A DNA stretch of 51,385 nucleotides from an uncultured Bacteroides sp. (GTDB lineage Bacteria > Bacteroidota > Bacteroidia > Bacteroidales > Muribaculaceae): the NCBI GenBank assembly GCA_964423485.1, contig CAYRFB010000001.1, positions 1 to 51,385 of the forward strand, given 5' to 3'. A program made the translations under genes and the position numbers. This document shows, piece after piece, positions 47,805-51,385 of the stretch; positions within the stretch are counted from its first letter, which is position 1; the number at the start of each line of letters is the position of its first letter. A model generated the notes under the pieces. That model searched no databases and was not told the DNA's origin. It saw only the letters and a program-made list of their open reading frames with translations.

Positions 47805-48956
47805 ATGAAACAAATTATGCTCGTTTTTGGGACTCGCCCGGAAGCCATCAAAATGGCTCCGTTGGTCAAAGAGCTTCAGAAACATCCCGATATTTTTAAG
47901 ACTATTGTGTGCGTAACTGGCCAACATCGTCAAATGCTCGATCAGGTTCTCGACTTGTTTGAAATCACGCCTGACCATGATCTCAACATAATGAAGCAAG
48001 GACAAGATCTTTATGATGTTACGGCTCGTGTCCTTACAGGGATGCGCGAAGTACTAAGAGAGTCAAAACCTGATGTTGTTTTAGTACATGGCGACACAAC
48101 TACATCAACGGCTGCCGCTCTGGCCGCTTTCTATCAGCAAATACCCGTCGGCCACGTTGAGGCAGGCCTGCGTACTCATAACATCTATTCGCCGTGGCCC
48201 GAAGAGATGAACCGACAGATCACCGGGCGAATCGCTGAATATAATTTTGCCCCCACTCCTCTCAGCCGCGAAAACCTGATCAAAGAAAACGTCGCTGAGG
48301 ATAAAATCACCGTCACCGGCAACACAGTAATCGATGCTCTCTACATGGTCGTTGACAAAATCAAGAGCGATACGGCTCTCGATGAGAAACTCAGCAACGA
48401 ACTTAAGACAGCCGGATATGATGTCGACCGACTTAAGGACGGCAAAAAGCTCGTGCTTATCACCGGACATCGCCGCGAAAATTTCGGCGACGGATTCATC
48501 TCGATGTGCAAGGCCATCAAAACTCTGATAGAGAAGTATCCCGACGCGGATTTTGTATATCCGATGCATCTCAATCCAAATGTCCGCAAGCCGATTCACG
48601 AAGTGTTCGGCGACGACCTGAACGACCTCGGCAATATGTTCTTCATCGAGCCACTTGAATATCTTTCATTCGTCTATCTGATGGAGAAATCAAATATTGT
48701 CCTGACCGACAGCGGCGGCATACAGGAGGAAGCGCCAGGACTTGGCAAGCCGGTATTGGTAATGCGCGACACCACCGAACGCCCTGAGGCACTATCTGCC
48801 GGCACCGTAAAACTTGTAGGAACAGATTATGACAAGATCGTAAACGAGGTTTCATCATTATTAGATGACGCAAACCATTACAACGAGATGTCAAGAGCAG
48901 TAAACCCCTATGGAGATGGTCTCGCAAGATTACGAATTATTGATAAGCTAAGGTGA
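47805..48956 (+). CDS. wecB: Non-hydrolyzing UDP-N-acetylglucosamine 2-epimerase
   Basis: FGTRPEAIKMAP, VHGDTT, HVEAGLR, HRREN, TDSGGIQEEA, NPYGDG. Confidence 0.96.
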   Translation: MKQIMLVFGTRPEAIKMAPLVKELQKHPDIFKTIVCVTGQHRQMLDQVLDLFEITPDHDLNIMKQGQDLYDVTARVLTGMREVLRESKPDVVLVHGDTTTSTAAALAAFYQQIPVGHVEAGLRTHNIYSPWPEEMNRQITGRIAEYNFAPTPLSRENLIKENVAEDKITVTGNTVIDALYMVVDKIKSDTALDEKLSNELKTAGYDVDRLKDGKKLVLITGHRRENFGDGFISMCKAIKTLIEKYPDADFVYPMHLNPNVRKPIHEVFGDDLNDLGNMFFIEPLEYLSFVYLMEKSNIVLTDSGGIQEEAPGLGKPVLVMRDTTERPEALSAGTVKLVGTDYDKIVNEVSSLLDDANHYNEMSRAVNPYGDGLARLRIIDKLR

Positions 48957-48959
48957 GTT

Positions 48960-50015
48960 ATGAAAGTTGGATTGCTCATACAAAATAACCTATGGTTTTG
49001 TCCATATGTCAATATCTATATAGATATTTTAGAAGAATGGGGAATTTCATATGAAAAAGTATATTGGAACAGAGATAATAATCCCATTATTGAGGGAATT
49101 GATTTTAAAGGAGGTAAAGGGGAAAAAACCTATCAAAAAATATGGGGTTACATATCTTTCTCTAACTTTATTAAAAAAATTTTAACACAAAAGAGGTACG
49201 ATAGAATTATCGTGTTTTCTCCTCAGATAGGCATCTTTATTTCAAAATATCTTGCAAACCATTATAAAAACAAATACATATTTGATTACAGAGATTTATC
49301 TTTAGAACAAAATAAGCTATTTCATTATCCATTTAAAAGGTTACTAAAGAATAGTTTTGCTAATGTAATTTCATCTCCGGGATTCAAACGGTACTTGCCT
49401 CCGTCGGAATATTACATTTCGCATAATTTCATTATAAAGGATGTCATAAATTCTCTGAATAATATGGATAGTTTTCAAATCCCAGATTTAAAAACTATTC
49501 TTACCATTGGTGGGATAAGGGACTTCGAATCTAATAGCAAAATAATACAGGCATTATCTAATAACAACGAATTCTTTTTGAAATTTGTTGGTAAAGGTCC
49601 GGCAAAAAATCAACTTGAAGAATTCTCAAAGTCAATAAATACGAGAAATATAGTATTTGAGGGGTATTATGATAAGAAAGATGAGCCCACCTATATAAAG
49701 GATTCCACTTATTTAAATATTTACTACCCCAATCTAAAAAGCCATTCATCCGCACTCTCTAATCGCTTTTACAACTCATTAATTTATAGAAGGCCTATGA
49801 TTGTTTCAAAAGGACAAATACAGGGCGATTTCGCAGAGAAGTATAATGTTGGCATTGCTATTTCTGACTCAGACGAACTAACATTAAAAATACAGGATTG
49901 GGAAAAAAGATTTAATTATGACAAATATAACCAAAACTGCATTGCACTTTTATCGGAATTTATCCGCGACTATGAAAATTTCAAATCAATGATTCATTCT
50001 TTTCTATTCTCTTAG
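48960..50015 (+). CDS. Capsule biosynthesis protein, putative divergent GT-B glycosyltransferase
   Basis: PYVNIY, FDYRD, VISSPGF, IGGIR, ALSNRFY...PMIV pattern; position in the locus. Confidence 0.6.
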   Translation: MKVGLLIQNNLWFCPYVNIYIDILEEWGISYEKVYWNRDNNPIIEGIDFKGGKGEKTYQKIWGYISFSNFIKKILTQKRYDRIIVFSPQIGIFISKYLANHYKNKYIFDYRDLSLEQNKLFHYPFKRLLKNSFANVISSPGFKRYLPPSEYYISHNFIIKDVINSLNNMDSFQIPDLKTILTIGGIRDFESNSKIIQALSNNNEFFLKFVGKGPAKNQLEEFSKSINTRNIVFEGYYDKKDEPTYIKDSTYLNIYYPNLKSHSSALSNRFYNSLIYRRPMIVSKGQIQGDFAEKYNVGIAISDSDELTLKIQDWEKRFNYDKYNQNCIALLSEFIRDYENFKSMIHSFLFS

Positions 50016-50038
50016 GTATATTTCCTGCCTAATCTCAT

Positions 50039-50797
50039 ATGAAAATTTCTATCATTACCGCCACTTATAATAGTGGCAAGACTCTTCGAGACACATTGGA
50101 GAGTGTCCTTTCCCAAAATTATCCTGATTACGAGCACATTATCATTGATGGAAATTCCAAGGATAACACGTTAGATATCATCAAAGAGTTTGAACCTCTC
50201 TATCGAGGGCGTTTGCGTTGGATTTCCGAACCTGATAAAGGTCTGTATGACGCTATGAACAAGGGTATTTCTATGGCTACCGGCGAAATCATCGGGATTC
50301 TTAATTCCGATGATTTTTATTCATCCGCTGACATACTCTCGACAGTTGAACGTGAGATATCTGACGTCGATGCAATATATGGGGATATCCATTATGTAGA
50401 TCCTTCCGACCTCACAAAACCTGTACGCTTCTACTCCTCACAGCCGTTTCGTAGATGGAAGATGAAGATGGGATTTATGCCCGCTCATCCATCGTTTTAT
50501 TGCCGCCGCCGTGTCTACCAAACTTATGGGCTATTTGATACCTCTTTTAGAGTTGCCGCTGATTTTGAACAACTTTTACGTCTTATTTATATTAACCGAA
50601 TCAGTACAAGATATGTACCTCTCGATTTTGTGACAATGCGCACCGGGGGAGCTTCTTCATCTGGTTTTTCAAGCCATAAAAAAATCATACGCGATCATTT
50701 GAAGGCTTACAAAAAAAATCGAGTCAACTCAAATATTTTCTTTGAATCACTCCGCTATTTTTACCGCATAGGTGAAATGATTAAATTTAAACTGTAA
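50039..50797 (+). CDS. GT2 glycosyltransferase (WcaE-like, possible fucosyltransferase)
   Basis: ISIITATYN, SEPDKGLYDAMNKG, LNSDD, HPSF, ADFE; directly upstream of gmd. Confidence 0.88.
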   Translation: MKISIITATYNSGKTLRDTLESVLSQNYPDYEHIIIDGNSKDNTLDIIKEFEPLYRGRLRWISEPDKGLYDAMNKGISMATGEIIGILNSDDFYSSADILSTVEREISDVDAIYGDIHYVDPSDLTKPVRFYSSQPFRRWKMKMGFMPAHPSFYCRRRVYQTYGLFDTSFRVAADFEQLLRLIYINRISTRYVPLDFVTMRTGGASSSGFSSHKKIIRDHLKAYKKNRVNSNIFFESLRYFYRIGEMIKFKL

Positions 50798-50800
50798 CTA

Positions 50801-51385
50801 ATGAAAACAGCATTAATAACCGGCGTTACCGGGCAGGACGGTTCGTTTCTTGCCGAGCTCTTGCTTGAGAAGGGATATGATGTCCACGGCACTATCCGCC
50901 GTTCGTCTGTCGATTTTCGTGAGCGAATAGCTCATCTTGAAGGCAAGCCGAACTTCCATCTCCATTACGCCGATCTTGGCGACTCAATGTCAATAATTCA
51001 GGTTCTCAACAAAGTCAAGCCTGATGAAGTGTATAACCTTGCAGCCCAGAGCCATGTCCAGGTGTCGTTCGACTCGCCGGAGTTTACCGCCGATGTCGAC
51101 GCAACCGGCGTGCTGCGAATGCTCGAGGGCATCCGCCAATGCGGCCTCGCCGATACCTGCCGCTTCTATCAGGCGTCGACGTCAGAGCTTTACGGCAAGG
51201 TTGAGGAGGTGCCCCAGAGTGAGACCACCCCTTTCCATCCCTACAGCCCTTATGCCGTCGCCAAGCAATATGGCTTCTGGATTGTCAGGGAGTACCGCGA
51301 GGCATACAATATGTATGCCTGCTCAGGCATCCTCTTCAATCACGAGAGCGAGCGCCGCGGCGAAACATTCGTCACCCGCAAGATC
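50801..51385 (+). CDS. gmd: GDP-mannose 4,6-dehydratase (3' end runs off the window)
   Basis: Manual translation: [26 protein letters not shown]...NLAAQSHV...QASTSELYG...SPYAVAK...[20 protein letters not shown]. Confidence 0.96.
   Translation, partial: MKTALITGVTGQDGSFLAELLLEKGYDVHGTIRRSSVDFRERIAHLEGKPNFHLHYADLGDSMSIIQVLNKVKPDEVYNLAAQSHVQVSFDSPEFTADVDATGVLRMLEGIRQCGLADTCRFYQASTSELYGKVEEVPQSETTPFHPYSPYAVAKQYGFWIVREYREAYNMYACSGILFNHESERRGETFVTRKI

Overview
Bacteroidales chromosome segment. Evidence: SusC/SusD pair, UpxY, and TTTG-N19-20-TAnnTTTG promoters; the roughly 50% GC core suggests Muribaculaceae, which is inference only. Left to right: (1) minus-strand rlmI(partial)-rseP-dxr; (2) a frameshifted LysM/SEL1 gene and an approximately 19 kb minus-strand polysaccharide utilization locus (SGNH esterase, alpha/beta esterase, phosphodiesterase-family enzyme, GH3, GH97, GH27, DUF1735-CBM32 lipoprotein, SusD, SusC, SusR-like regulator) preceded by GH109 and an N-acetylhexosamine kinase-like gene; (3) tRNA-Arg(CCG); (4) a mostly plus-strand block: ung, DUF5103, DUF3109, HipA-like kinase/DUF3037, yraN, ClC (minus strand), ybaK, aroC, radical SAM, dcp and tricorn-like S41 protease; (5) a Wzx/Wzy surface-polysaccharide locus headed by an unusually long UpxY and running off the window in gmd. 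The strongest novelty candidate is the control region of the capsule locus. It combines a 342-aa UpxY whose extra helical C-terminal half may be a fused UpxZ, an extreme C-rich/G-poor strand skew peaking at the 3' end of upxY (rut-like), a structured leader, and a hairpin-linked triple repeat read in two frames inside the FrhB-like gene. The susC upstream region also shows a promoter-terminator unit of about 85 nt and a 12-bp direct-repeat operator candidate. No CRISPR array, integrase or transposase was seen. All family calls come from motif recognition, not database searches.
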